From a virus: a stretch of DNA of 64,000 bases. Location of the stretch: positions 43,957 through 107,956 of IMG/VR virus record IMGVR_UViG_3300034107_000273; one strand, 5' to 3'. Shown here piece after piece: positions 39,318 through 47,506 of this stretch. The notes below the pieces were generated by a model. That model had not been told where the DNA came from. It saw only the letters and a program-made list of their open reading frames with translations, and ran no database searches. Position 1 is the first letter of the stretch. Each line of letters begins with the position of its first letter. The position numbers were made by a program, and so were the translations under genes.

Positions 39318-39524
39318 TTATTTTAGTAAAGCGTGTAATTCTGGCAGTTGGCAAATTTCTTTTGTGCAAGCATCATAGAATTTATTTTCATCAAATCTAG
39401 GATTGTCTGCACTGAACCATTCACTGAATTCAAAAATTAAATCTTGAAAAGTTTTTAATTCAATTTCATTTGCAAACTGATTTAGAATTTTTGCAGTTTC
39501 AACGTAGTCTTTACGTGTCATCAT
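39318..39524 (-). CDS. hypothetical phage protein
   Basis: TRKDY...DNPRFD..KF..AC motif. Confidence 0.7.
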   Translation of the reverse strand: MMTRKDYVETAKILNQFANEIELKTFQDLIFEFSEWFSADNPRFDENKFYDACTKEICQLPELHALLK

Positions 39525-39684
39525 TATAGGCTCACCAATTTTTCTACATAGTGTGAAATTTGATTGTATGCATTAGCGCATTGATAACAATAAGTCTCAG
39601 TAGGAATTCCACCAAGCATTAGCGCATCAATTCCTGAATAAACCAACTCTGTTGAGTTGCAATTAATTACTTGACACTCTTTCA

Positions 39685-39888
39685 TTATTCTGCCACCTTT
39701 AGAATTGCGTATGAGCCATTTTTATTTATTTCATCAAGAATAGGTTGCAAGCGTGAGCCAACCAATTCCTTTAGCATTTCTTCAAGCATTTGGACTTGCT
39801 CTTGCTTAGGAAGTGCAGCCATTGCCAGTGTGATAGGGTGTCCTGATTTGAATTCTGTTACGAATTTTAGATTATGTTCAACGTTCAT
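39685..39888 (-). CDS. hypothetical protein
   Basis: ORF in module. Confidence 0.6.
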   Translation of the reverse strand: MNVEHNLKFVTEFKSGHPITLAMAALPKQEQVQMLEEMLKELVGSRLQPILDEINKNGSYAILKVAE

Positions 39889-39907
39889 TTATTTTATTTC
39901 CTATTCT

Positions 39908-40105
39908 TTAGTTTGAGTTAGTAAGTGTGCGAGTGCCACGTAGTGTTCCTGTAACACCTAGGGCATCACAAGATAGTTTTACAGATACGCCAACAGGTAA
40001 TTGTGTTGGGTATTGTGAGATGAATTGAGCAACAGCACCTTGTGAGGCGAAGTTGATTTTTTTTGTTGAACCTGAAAAGGTTTCTAGTGTTACAGTGTAA
40101 GTCAT
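39908..40105 (-). CDS. hypothetical protein
   Basis: AAAGGGAG SD, TGTCAG promoter. Confidence 0.65.
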   Translation of the reverse strand: MTYTVTLETFSGSTKKINFASQGAVAQFISQYPTQLPVGVSVKLSCDALGVTGTLRGTRTLTNSN

Positions 40106-41940
40106 TAAGTGACTCCCTTTCGTTTGTTTGATAAGACTATCTTACCATTTGGGGCTGACAAATTAGGGCATTTATTTGCTAGGCTCATTGTGATTTGCAT
40201 CACACTTATTTGCTAGGCTCACTGCCTTATTTATCTTTATTTAATTGTTATACCTACAAGGGTACCAGATAAGTTTCAGGAAGTCAAAACGACACGCCGT
40301 AAAATGGGAAAAAATTTGTGTGACCTTAAACACATAAGTTATACACAGCCTGTGGAAAACGCCTCGGGCCGTTTTTTATGCATGGATCTGAATTTTTATA
40401 AATTAGATTTCCAATAAATAAAACCAAACACAATCATTGCAATCATTACAACCAACATTTTTTATTCTCTTTCTAATTCTGTGTAATCAACAACAACAAA
40501 ATCAAGTCGTTCCAATGGAATAACTTTTAACCAAGATAGTGCAGACTCAAAGTTATCATCCTCAATGGTGACGGATAAATCAAAATTAAAAACTGGCATT
40601 ATTTATTCTCCTTATAAAGAAAGTCCCACGCCTTACGGCATAACACAATTGAATTGCAATTGTCACAACAGATAACACCATGCTCATTTAATTCTAAATC
40701 ATACATGTCAATCATGGCAGTTACTGCACCACATACAGATTTTACAGGCACATAGGTACTCATTATTTCTCACACTCACATTCTAAAGCAGATAGGTCAA
40801 AGTCGCAATGCTTGCAACCTTGAAACAAAAAGTGTTCATTGCAATAAATTGCAGTTTGCATTTCCTCGCAACACAAGAATTGTTTTGTGCCACGCAAAAA
40901 GACATTTGTTAAAGACATAGGGAAAAGGACAAGTGTAGGGGTACTCATTAGTTACTCACATACCAATCTGTCCATGTAGGGAATTGTTCAGGGTCACTAT
41001 CATAGTAGTAACGCTCAATGTTATTTTCACAATCCATGCAGAAAGTAAATTGTTCATCTCCAATTTCAGAGATAGCGGAAAGCATAGGTTTATGCTCATG
41101 TGTTTTTGTTAATGTAGTCATTTTATGACCACCTTTCTTTAGCGGATTTCTTTACCACTTTTATTTTCTTATACTGCAAGTATAGCCTATAAGTCTGACA
41201 TTTATCAACCTACTAGCCAGTAATTCCAGATAGTGAGACGCTCAAGTAATGTGATAAAGGACACACTTACTTAAAGTTATCCACAGAAGTTATCCACAGG
41301 CGCCCCGAGCAAAAAATCGCAGCTTTTTATTTCTGCGATCTTTTTTTATTTATAAATTACTTTGCGAATAAATAAAACCAAAAACAATAAATGCAATCAT
41401 CACAACTAACAATTTATTTCTCCTCAATTTCATCTAGTAGATCCCATAGTGCAGTTTCTAATTCTTTAGAAACTAAATCTAATTTTTCTTGTAGTGTTTT
41501 CATTCTGCATTCTCCAATTCATTTATGTCTGCGACATAGACATTGTTTTTATTTATTCCATAGTTTAATTGGAATTCAAATACAGTGATAGCCTCATCAT
41601 AGGAATCAGCCTCAACGTTTATGAAAGTATTAAATTCAAATGTAGCCATTCTTTATTCTCCCTTTATAGTGTTTTTCCGCAGTGGTTACAAGGTTTTCCT
41701 TGGTGGTCTATGCTAAGGGCATCATAGTTTGTGCCCTTCCAACAATGGTGGCATACGATTACAAAGTCCATTATTCTGTTACCGCCTTATCTGTTATCAT
41801 TTTAAGAATTAACTGTAACTGTTCTGTAGTTAGTAGTGCTTGAGCGCAACCCCAAGCAAATGAAAGCGCAAGCGCACTATCTCCATAGTGCTCATTAGCA
41901 AGAGTGTTTATCTCTTGCGTTATCTCAAAATTAGTTTTCA

Positions 41941-42036
41941 TTATTTATTTTCTTCTTTCTTTAGTAGTGATAGGGCAAGGGCAAGACTTTGCTTGCGCTG
42001 GGCTTCTACGTGAGCCTTGTATTCTTCAAGTGTCAT
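41941..42036 (-). CDS. 31-aa peptide, paralog of 42625-42720
   Basis: MTLEEYKAHVEAQRKQSLALALSLLKKEENK, GAAAGG SD. Confidence 0.65.
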   Translation of the reverse strand: MTLEEYKAHVEAQRKQSLALALSLLKKEENK

Positions 42037-42287
42037 TTATCTGACCTTTCTTTTTCTTTATACTGTAATTGTAGCATGGGGGTCTGACAAATTGGGGGAT
42101 ATCCATGGGCGTGTCGTAGAATTATTTTTGTGATGTTGGTCACAAACGGCCCGAGCAAAATTTGCAGCTGTTACACTGCAAATCTTTTTTTACTTATTGC
42201 CAAACATGTTAAATATTTCATCAACCTGTTCATCAGTTAAGTGATCTAACTGAATTGCTTTTTCAAATTCAAAGAAATCTTTTTCCA

Positions 42288-42482
42288 TTATTCTGTTTCC
42301 TCGTTTTCTTCTAGTGCATCTTGAAAGTCATAGAGTGCCTCATTGTATGCGATTGGGTCGCACTCTTTTAGTATTTGCGAAGGGTAAAAAGTTAATTGTC
42401 CTATAGTTACAACAGGATAAGAATCATCTAGCATTTCATCAAATAATTCTTTACTAGCGAAAGCCATTTCAAAATCTAACAT
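42288..42482 (-). CDS. hypothetical acidic protein
   Basis: FDEMLDD...PSQILKECDPIAY. Confidence 0.65.
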   Translation of the reverse strand: MLDFEMAFASKELFDEMLDDSYPVVTIGQLTFYPSQILKECDPIAYNEALYDFQDALEENEETE

Positions 42483-42628
42483 TAGTTTTCTTCTTTCTGT
42501 AGTAGGTAAGTATTAGTTAGGGAACGATTATTATTTGAGAACATAGACTCTATAACCGCTTTATCTTTTAGTGATTGAGCAATTCTTTTATCTTGTTGCT
42601 CTTTTAGAATTCTATCAAATGTGCTCAT
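42482..42628 (-). CDS. 48-aa protein, paralog of 43458-43604
   Basis: MSTFDRILKEQQDKRIAQSLKDKAVIESMFSN...KEEN. Confidence 0.65.
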   Translation of the reverse strand: MSTFDRILKEQQDKRIAQSLKDKAVIESMFSNNNRSLTNTYLLQKEEN

Positions 42629-42720
42629 TTGTCTGAGCCTTTCTTTAGTAGGGACATGGCTTGCAAGGTGCTTGCCTTGCGTTGCGCCTCAACGTGCGCC
42701 TTGTATTCTTCTAGTGTCAT
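42625..42720 (-). CDS. 31-aa peptide, paralog of 41941-42036
   Basis: MTLEEYKAHVEAQRKASTLQAMSLLKKGSDK. Confidence 0.65.
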   Translation of the reverse strand: MTLEEYKAHVEAQRKASTLQAMSLLKKGSDK

Positions 42721-43457
42721 TTATTTAACGACCTTTCTTGTTGTTTATACTAGCAATTCTAGCATGGGGGTCTGACAAATTAGCCTATTTGTTAGGGTGT
42801 GTCGTGTGTGACCTTAGTCACGCCACAGGAATGGATTACCTGTAGCCTCATAGCCGTCACGCCATGAACAGCGAGGATAGACAGTGTGACTAGAAACATA
42901 GCCACACTCTGGGCAGATAACGTTTGCTAGTCGTGAGCGCATGGTTTCATAGCCCTCTGCATTTCTATTTTCAAACAGTGAGTTCATTTGGAACTCCTTT
43001 CTTTATTTTCTTTATACTAGTATTCTAGCACCTACCACTGACAAATTTGGAGATTTTTTGGGCGTGTCGTAGAACTATTTTTGTGATCCTCATCACATGG
43101 CCCCCGAGGCGTGTGAGCGACATCACATGCGACACGCCGTGTTTAGATTTGCTTTTGTCAGTCCTAACTGTTATACTTGCAGTATTAGATAGTTAAAGTA
43201 TAACTACTAAACGAAAGGTCACTAACATGAACCCATTTACAGCACTACAAGATTTCCTAGATGAGAATGTCGCTTACGGACTAATTGGAGCCTTCATAGG
43301 CGTAGCAGTAGCCGTTATCCTATGCCTTACGCTTGGAGCGTGACACACATCACACAACGCCAACGGCGTGTCGCCTTGACTTTTCAGGGTATGTATGATA
43401 CCCTTACAGGTATAACAATTAAATAAGATTAACTAACTAACAAGAAAGGTGTTCAGA

Positions 43458-43604
43458 ATGAATACACTAGAAAGAATACAGAAAGAGCAAGCAGAAAAGC
43501 GTGCTATACAATCTATCAAGGACAAGGCTATTGTTGCCTCAATGTTTTCTAATACAAATCGTCCATTAAACAATCAGTACCTACTAGGTAAAGAGGAAAA
43601 CTAA
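43458..43604 (+). CDS. 48-aa protein, paralog of 42482-42628
   Basis: MNTLERIQKEQAEKRAIQSIKDKAIVASMFSN...KEEN, GAAAGG SD. Confidence 0.65.
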   Translation: MNTLERIQKEQAEKRAIQSIKDKAIVASMFSNTNRPLNNQYLLGKEEN

Positions 43605-43721
43605 GTGTTTATTATTGACATGATTACAAATTTTATTGAAGAGTACGCTATGGTTATAGTTATCTCATCAGTATGCATTATCCCTACTATTATCTACTAC
43701 ATCAACAATTAAGGAAAACTA

Positions 43722-43916
43722 ATGTCACTATCACTAATAAACAAAATCAATGTTGGAAAACTGTTTATCTCCAACGACCATATGTATCTTGTTAAAGAGG
43801 TATTAGAGGTAAATGATGAACACGAATCAGTAACTGCAACACTTACTAACTATAAAGGTGAGGAAGTGTTTTTTTGTGGTGGGTTTTCTCAATGGTTTGA
43901 AGGGTTGGTTAAATAA
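43722..43916 (+). CDS. hypothetical protein
   Basis: AAGGA SD followed by ATG. Confidence 0.6.
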   Translation: MSLSLINKINVGKLFISNDHMYLVKEVLEVNDEHESVTATLTNYKGEEVFFCGGFSQWFEGLVK

Positions 43917-44061
43917 ATGAGTGCCATGTACGCACACACATGCGAGGCGTGTGGGGATACAGGTATTATTATTTTTGATGAGGGCACCACACGCATAGAC
44001 CCTTGCAAGTGCTAAAAGGGTACTAGTACTAATTAAAAAGCTGGTACTAGATGGATCTAAG

Positions 44062-44097
44062 TGGTGGGCATACATATGGTGTGCTCACTATTTTTTT
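44062..44097 (+). terminator. intrinsic terminator ending the rightward early unit
   Basis: TGGTGGGCATAC-5nt-GTGTGCTCACTA followed by T7. Confidence 0.7.
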
Positions 44098-44184
44098 CTA
44101 TTTATTTTTTCATATACATGTATCATACACAAATAGAAAATATTCAGATTTTCTCAAAACCAAAATTATTCAGATTTTCAGAAA

Positions 44185-44379
44185 ATGCGGTATACTAAAT
44201 ACATGGCCATACTAGATAACGTAGATAACGATACATATCCACTATTTGAAACAGAACCGTCTTCCCTGAGTGTAAAGATATTTTCAGAAACGGTTTGTAA
44301 AGATTGTGAACATTCACCTATGTCAAATACTGACAATATGGGTAGAGAAAAATTTTGGGAATATTCACAAACCCCTTAA
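44185..44379 (+). CDS. hypothetical protein
   Basis: probable leaderless start at the second Met (MAILDN). Confidence 0.45.
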   Translation: MRYTKYMAILDNVDNDTYPLFETEPSSLSVKIFSETVCKDCEHSPMSNTDNMGREKFWEYSQTP

Positions 44380-44561
44380 GCGATAAAACCTTCTTCTTTC
44401 ATTCTATCGTAAAGGTTTGACATCAATAAGCCAAGGCTTGGCTGACTCATTTGAATAGAAGACTCTGCATCTTCCTTAGACATTCCTGAACGCTCACATA
44501 GTTCACGATTATCGTTATTAACGCTATTGATCATAAATGCTATTACTTCTTGTTGATTCAT
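44376..44561 (-). CDS. hypothetical protein
   Basis: ORF in short minus-strand operon. Confidence 0.55.
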   Translation of the reverse strand: MNQQEVIAFMINSVNNDNRELCERSGMSKEDAESSIQMSQPSLGLLMSNLYDRMKEEGFIA

Positions 44562-44565
44562 TTTT

Positions 44566-44763
44566 TCACCATTTCTCTATAGGACATTTTGCTTTTTCTA
44601 ATTTAGTTTTTAGCTTCATAAAGCAACCACACTTCTTGCAAGTCTGATTTCCTTTACGAAAGAATTCACATGTTCTGCATATTGCCAAACGGTATTCTTC
44701 AAGTTCTTCTGGACTTCTAGGAGATCCATTAATAAGATCCCAAGGCTTTACATCATCACTCAC
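44566..44763 (-). CDS. small Cys-rich protein (DUF6171-like)
   Basis: RLAICRTC...CKKCGCFM..KT.L...CP..KW. Confidence 0.65.
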   Translation of the reverse strand: MSDDVKPWDLINGSPRSPEELEEYRLAICRTCEFFRKGNQTCKKCGCFMKLKTKLEKAKCPIEKW

Positions 44764-45389
44764 AATATCTCCAATTTGGACGGTATATCAATGATATCAC
44801 AAGAGACTGTAGTCCATAACTGATGAGACATAGTAGGACGTATAGTAGCAGACATACCTGGTATCTCCATTACATATTTGTAGCCTTTTCCATGCTTAGA
44901 TTCTTTTCTTGACCAATGCTCAAAACCATAATCTAATTTGGATGCTTCAAATACAAATAGATAATACGTCTTAGTCTCAATTTTGGACGGTATATGAGAC
45001 CAATCCTGGTCTGCTTTGGCTAAACACACATACCAATCAGCATGTGTAGATGAAACACTCTCAACCATTTTCTCTAATGTTTCGTGTTTGCCTAGCCTAG
45101 ATCCAGATATAACCAATGTAGCCTTCTCTGGGTCATATCTTCCTGACTTGACGGATATACTCTCTCCTGACTCCAAAGTCATGTCTATACTGACGCTATG
45201 GCTTCTATCAGGCTTCCAGTCATTTGGCATACCGTTTTCATTTAGGGTATCTGAGACTAGCTCTTCTAAATACTCACTTGTACAAGGTAATCTATATACC
45301 GAATGATGGATTGCCAGCTTTTCTAGCAAACCACCAATTAGAATATTTTTGAGTTTATCACGCATAATAGAATCCATTGTATCAGACAT
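44760..45389 (-). CDS. putative restriction-endonuclease-like PD-(D/E)XK nuclease
   Basis: helix with EE (YLEELV), then D (SIDM) and SVKS motif. Confidence 0.4.
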   Translation of the reverse strand: MSDTMDSIMRDKLKNILIGGLLEKLAIHHSVYRLPCTSEYLEELVSDTLNENGMPNDWKPDRSHSVSIDMTLESGESISVKSGRYDPEKATLVISGSRLGKHETLEKMVESVSSTHADWYVCLAKADQDWSHIPSKIETKTYYLFVFEASKLDYGFEHWSRKESKHGKGYKYVMEIPGMSATIRPTMSHQLWTTVSCDIIDIPSKLEIL

Positions 45390-45515
45390 GCTTGGATGGT
45401 GTCAATCCATATGTGTCTAAGGGATGGTTTGTATAACCTCTATTTCGGCGACGATTTAAGTGCCCCGCCCGAACTTAAAAGATAATTTAGTTTAGAATAA
45501 TGGTATAATCTTTGC

Positions 45516-45797
45516 ATGACATTACATTCCCTAACCACACTAAGCAGCTCAACTGCTACACTTCTAACTCCAAACGGAACTCACAGCGGATTGGACATTA
45601 CTGTTCAAAATGTTGATGCATCAGCATATGTATATGTTGGTGGAGAAGGTGTTACTTCAACTAATTATGGATATCGCTTAGCACCAGCTGCAGCACTTTC
45701 TATTGAGCTGCCAGGAAAAGATGCACTCTATGCAATAACAAGTGTTAATGGTTCCAAGATTGCAGTACTTAAGACAAACCTAGAGTCAGGTAATTAA
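45516..45797 (+). CDS. putative virion protein
   Basis: beta-rich (VQN...VYVGG...GYRL), leaderless late-type promoter. Confidence 0.55.
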   Translation: MTLHSLTTLSSSTATLLTPNGTHSGLDITVQNVDASAYVYVGGEGVTSTNYGYRLAPAAALSIELPGKDALYAITSVNGSKIAVLKTNLESGN

Positions 45798-45799
45798 TA

Positions 45800-46384
45800 A
45801 TGGCACGTTTTACACAGATCGGCGAGCCTGGACCACAGGGGCCAGAGGGTCCTTCAGGTGCTGGATTTAGCACATACTTAGTTCGCAATAATACTGGATC
45901 AACAATTTTAAAAGGAACTTTAGTTTCTGCTGTAGATGCAGAGCCAAGCGGTAGAATTGATGTTGAACCATTTGCTGCTGTCGGAGGTTTAGATTCAGAG
46001 TTACGTGTAATGGGTATAGTTATGGATAACCTTTCAACAGGAATTAACGGAACTGTCATGAGTCTGGGAACACTAACTGGATTAGATACTAGAGGAACAT
46101 CTGCTAGCGGATTGTCAGTAGGAGATGAAACCTGGGCAGAAGGAGATATACTTTTTGCACATCCTGCAGTTGCAGGAAAACTTACTAAGGTAAGACCACA
46201 ACATGATTTGCCAGTTGCTTTTATTACAATTCGCCATGCATCTTCAGGACAAATTGCAATTAGAATTGTTCCAGGAAATCATCATTTAGAGTGGCTACAT
46301 GATGTTCAAATAACAAATCCTCAAAATGGTGATGTTTTAAAATTTAATAGTTCTTTGGGACTTTGGACTAATGTTGCAGAATAA
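45800..46384 (+). CDS. putative virion protein with short collagen segment
   Basis: GEPGPQGPEGP; C-terminal LHDVQITNPQNGDVLKFNSSLGLWTN fibre motif. Confidence 0.6.
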   Translation: MARFTQIGEPGPQGPEGPSGAGFSTYLVRNNTGSTILKGTLVSAVDAEPSGRIDVEPFAAVGGLDSELRVMGIVMDNLSTGINGTVMSLGTLTGLDTRGTSASGLSVGDETWAEGDILFAHPAVAGKLTKVRPQHDLPVAFITIRHASSGQIAIRIVPGNHHLEWLHDVQITNPQNGDVLKFNSSLGLWTNVAE

Positions 46385-46421
46385 ATTAATTAGTCTTAAA
46401 TAATGATATAATAATCTTATT

Positions 46422-46688
46422 ATGACAATTCAAGACTGGGCTTCGTTAATTGTAGCAATTCTTACAATTGTCTCATCATTTGGTTTAGCTGTTAGATGGC
46501 TTGTAAAACATTACCTAAGCGAACTTAAACCAAATTCTGGATCAAGCTTAAGAGACCAGGTTAATAGACTTGAACATTCTTTAGACGAACAAAGAATTGA
46601 CTCTATTGAATCTAGAAATCGTCAAGAGTCAAAGCTTGATGAGATGTATAAAATATTAATTGAGCATATTGCTAAAACTGACAAGTAA
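46422..46688 (+). CDS. membrane protein (TM + coiled coil)
   Basis: N-terminal TM helix, ELKPNSGSSLRD motif. Confidence 0.65.
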   Translation: MTIQDWASLIVAILTIVSSFGLAVRWLVKHYLSELKPNSGSSLRDQVNRLEHSLDEQRIDSIESRNRQESKLDEMYKILIEHIAKTDK

Positions 46689-46931
46689 CCTAATTTTCCT
46701 ATTTTCCTTATATATAATATATTAACTATCTTTTAAAAACCTATATTAGATATACTTCTTTTCTTTATATATTTTAAGTATACACTACCGTTTTGAGTTA
46801 TTCAACTTGAAGTTCAAAAAAAGTTTATAACAATTCTGTAACAATTCCAAATACCCTGGCCTTATAACTTTTTGTTATACTATATGTCCACTTTGTCTAT
46901 ATTTATATAAACAATGTTATAATTTAAGTCT

Positions 46932-46985
46932 GCTAGTACTCAGGTTCTAACCCACCCCACTGCGCCTGAGTACTAGCTTTATTTT
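46932..46985 (+). other. 13-bp hairpin with 20-nt loop at the end of an AT-rich gap
   Basis: GCTAGTACTCAGG / CCTGAGTACTAGC followed by TTTATTTT. Confidence 0.6.
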
Positions 46986-47002
46986 ATGGTATAATCAATG
47001 AT

Positions 47003-47419
47003 ATGTGTACACCAACAATGGAAAAATTTGGAGCAACCCCAGCAAATATTCAGTGGGCCGTTGTCCGTGGAGATTATGCTTCTTTTACTGTTTCTTTTCT
47101 TGAAAATGATGAAGTTACAGAGTTTGATACAGACGGATGGCAATTTTCTGCTACCGCATATGATCCAACAACAGATGTACTTGACGAACTAGATGTTTTA
47201 GTTGATGGTTCAGTAATTACTGTAAGCGCTCCAGCACTTATAACTGAAAATTGGGGAATAAAGTACAGGTCGGTAGTAGCAGAATTGCTATTTGACCTAC
47301 AGGCATTAATACCAGATGGCAATTCTACAATTACTTGGACTCCAGTAATAGGCACAATTTGTGTACTTGGAGATGTTTCTCCAGGCACTGCAAGAAGTAC
47401 TATTGGTGGTTTATCTTAA
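47003..47419 (+). CDS. BppU-N-like virion protein
   Basis: VRGD...FDLQ...TPVIGTI.V..DV scaffold. Confidence 0.55.
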   Translation: MCTPTMEKFGATPANIQWAVVRGDYASFTVSFLENDEVTEFDTDGWQFSATAYDPTTDVLDELDVLVDGSVITVSAPALITENWGIKYRSVVAELLFDLQALIPDGNSTITWTPVIGTICVLGDVSPGTARSTIGGLS

Positions 47420-47506
47420 ATGATAATTAAAATTAAGGACACCAATCCAAAACTTCCACCATTGATAAAAGTTAATGGGACTGTTTTCAAAGTAAAGAAA
47501 TAACCA

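Larger units (their letters stand above)
39232..41298. promoter_or_regulatory. DnaA boxes in three intergenic blocks
   Basis: TTATCCACA at 39232, 41277, 41290; TTATACACA at 40339; inverted near-matches TGTGGAAAA at 39247 and 40351. Confidence 0.7.
30399..43108. repeat. ten intergenic CCCGAG/CTCGGG junction sites
   Basis: at 30399, 33293, 34587, 35791, 37754, 39259, 40363, 41304, 42150, 43103. Confidence 0.8.
34479..43178. promoter_or_regulatory. about 13 early-type promoters with TGTCAG in the -35/-10 spacer
   Basis: e.g. minus-strand TTGACA-tttgtcagtgccctgcag-TACAAT at about 35136-35165; plus-strand copy at about 43149-43177. Confidence 0.75.
32492..43354. promoter_or_regulatory. array of CRP-type boxes TGTGA-N6-TCACA
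   Basis: perfect at 32492, 35771, 37731, 39205, 40189, 42129, 43082, 43112; one mismatch at 34551, 34568, 36734, 40319, 41250, 42807, 43339. Confidence 0.8.

Noticed and set aside
30399-43108. Classical integron with attC sites
   Set aside because: No integrase in the window, no RYYYAAC/GTTRRRY bottom-strand hairpins, and the modules carry their own promoters
46932-46977. CCTGAGTA here as an eighth pseudoknot copy
   Set aside because: It is one arm of a simple 13-bp inverted repeat and lacks S1 and the AAAAC-TGCTC strand
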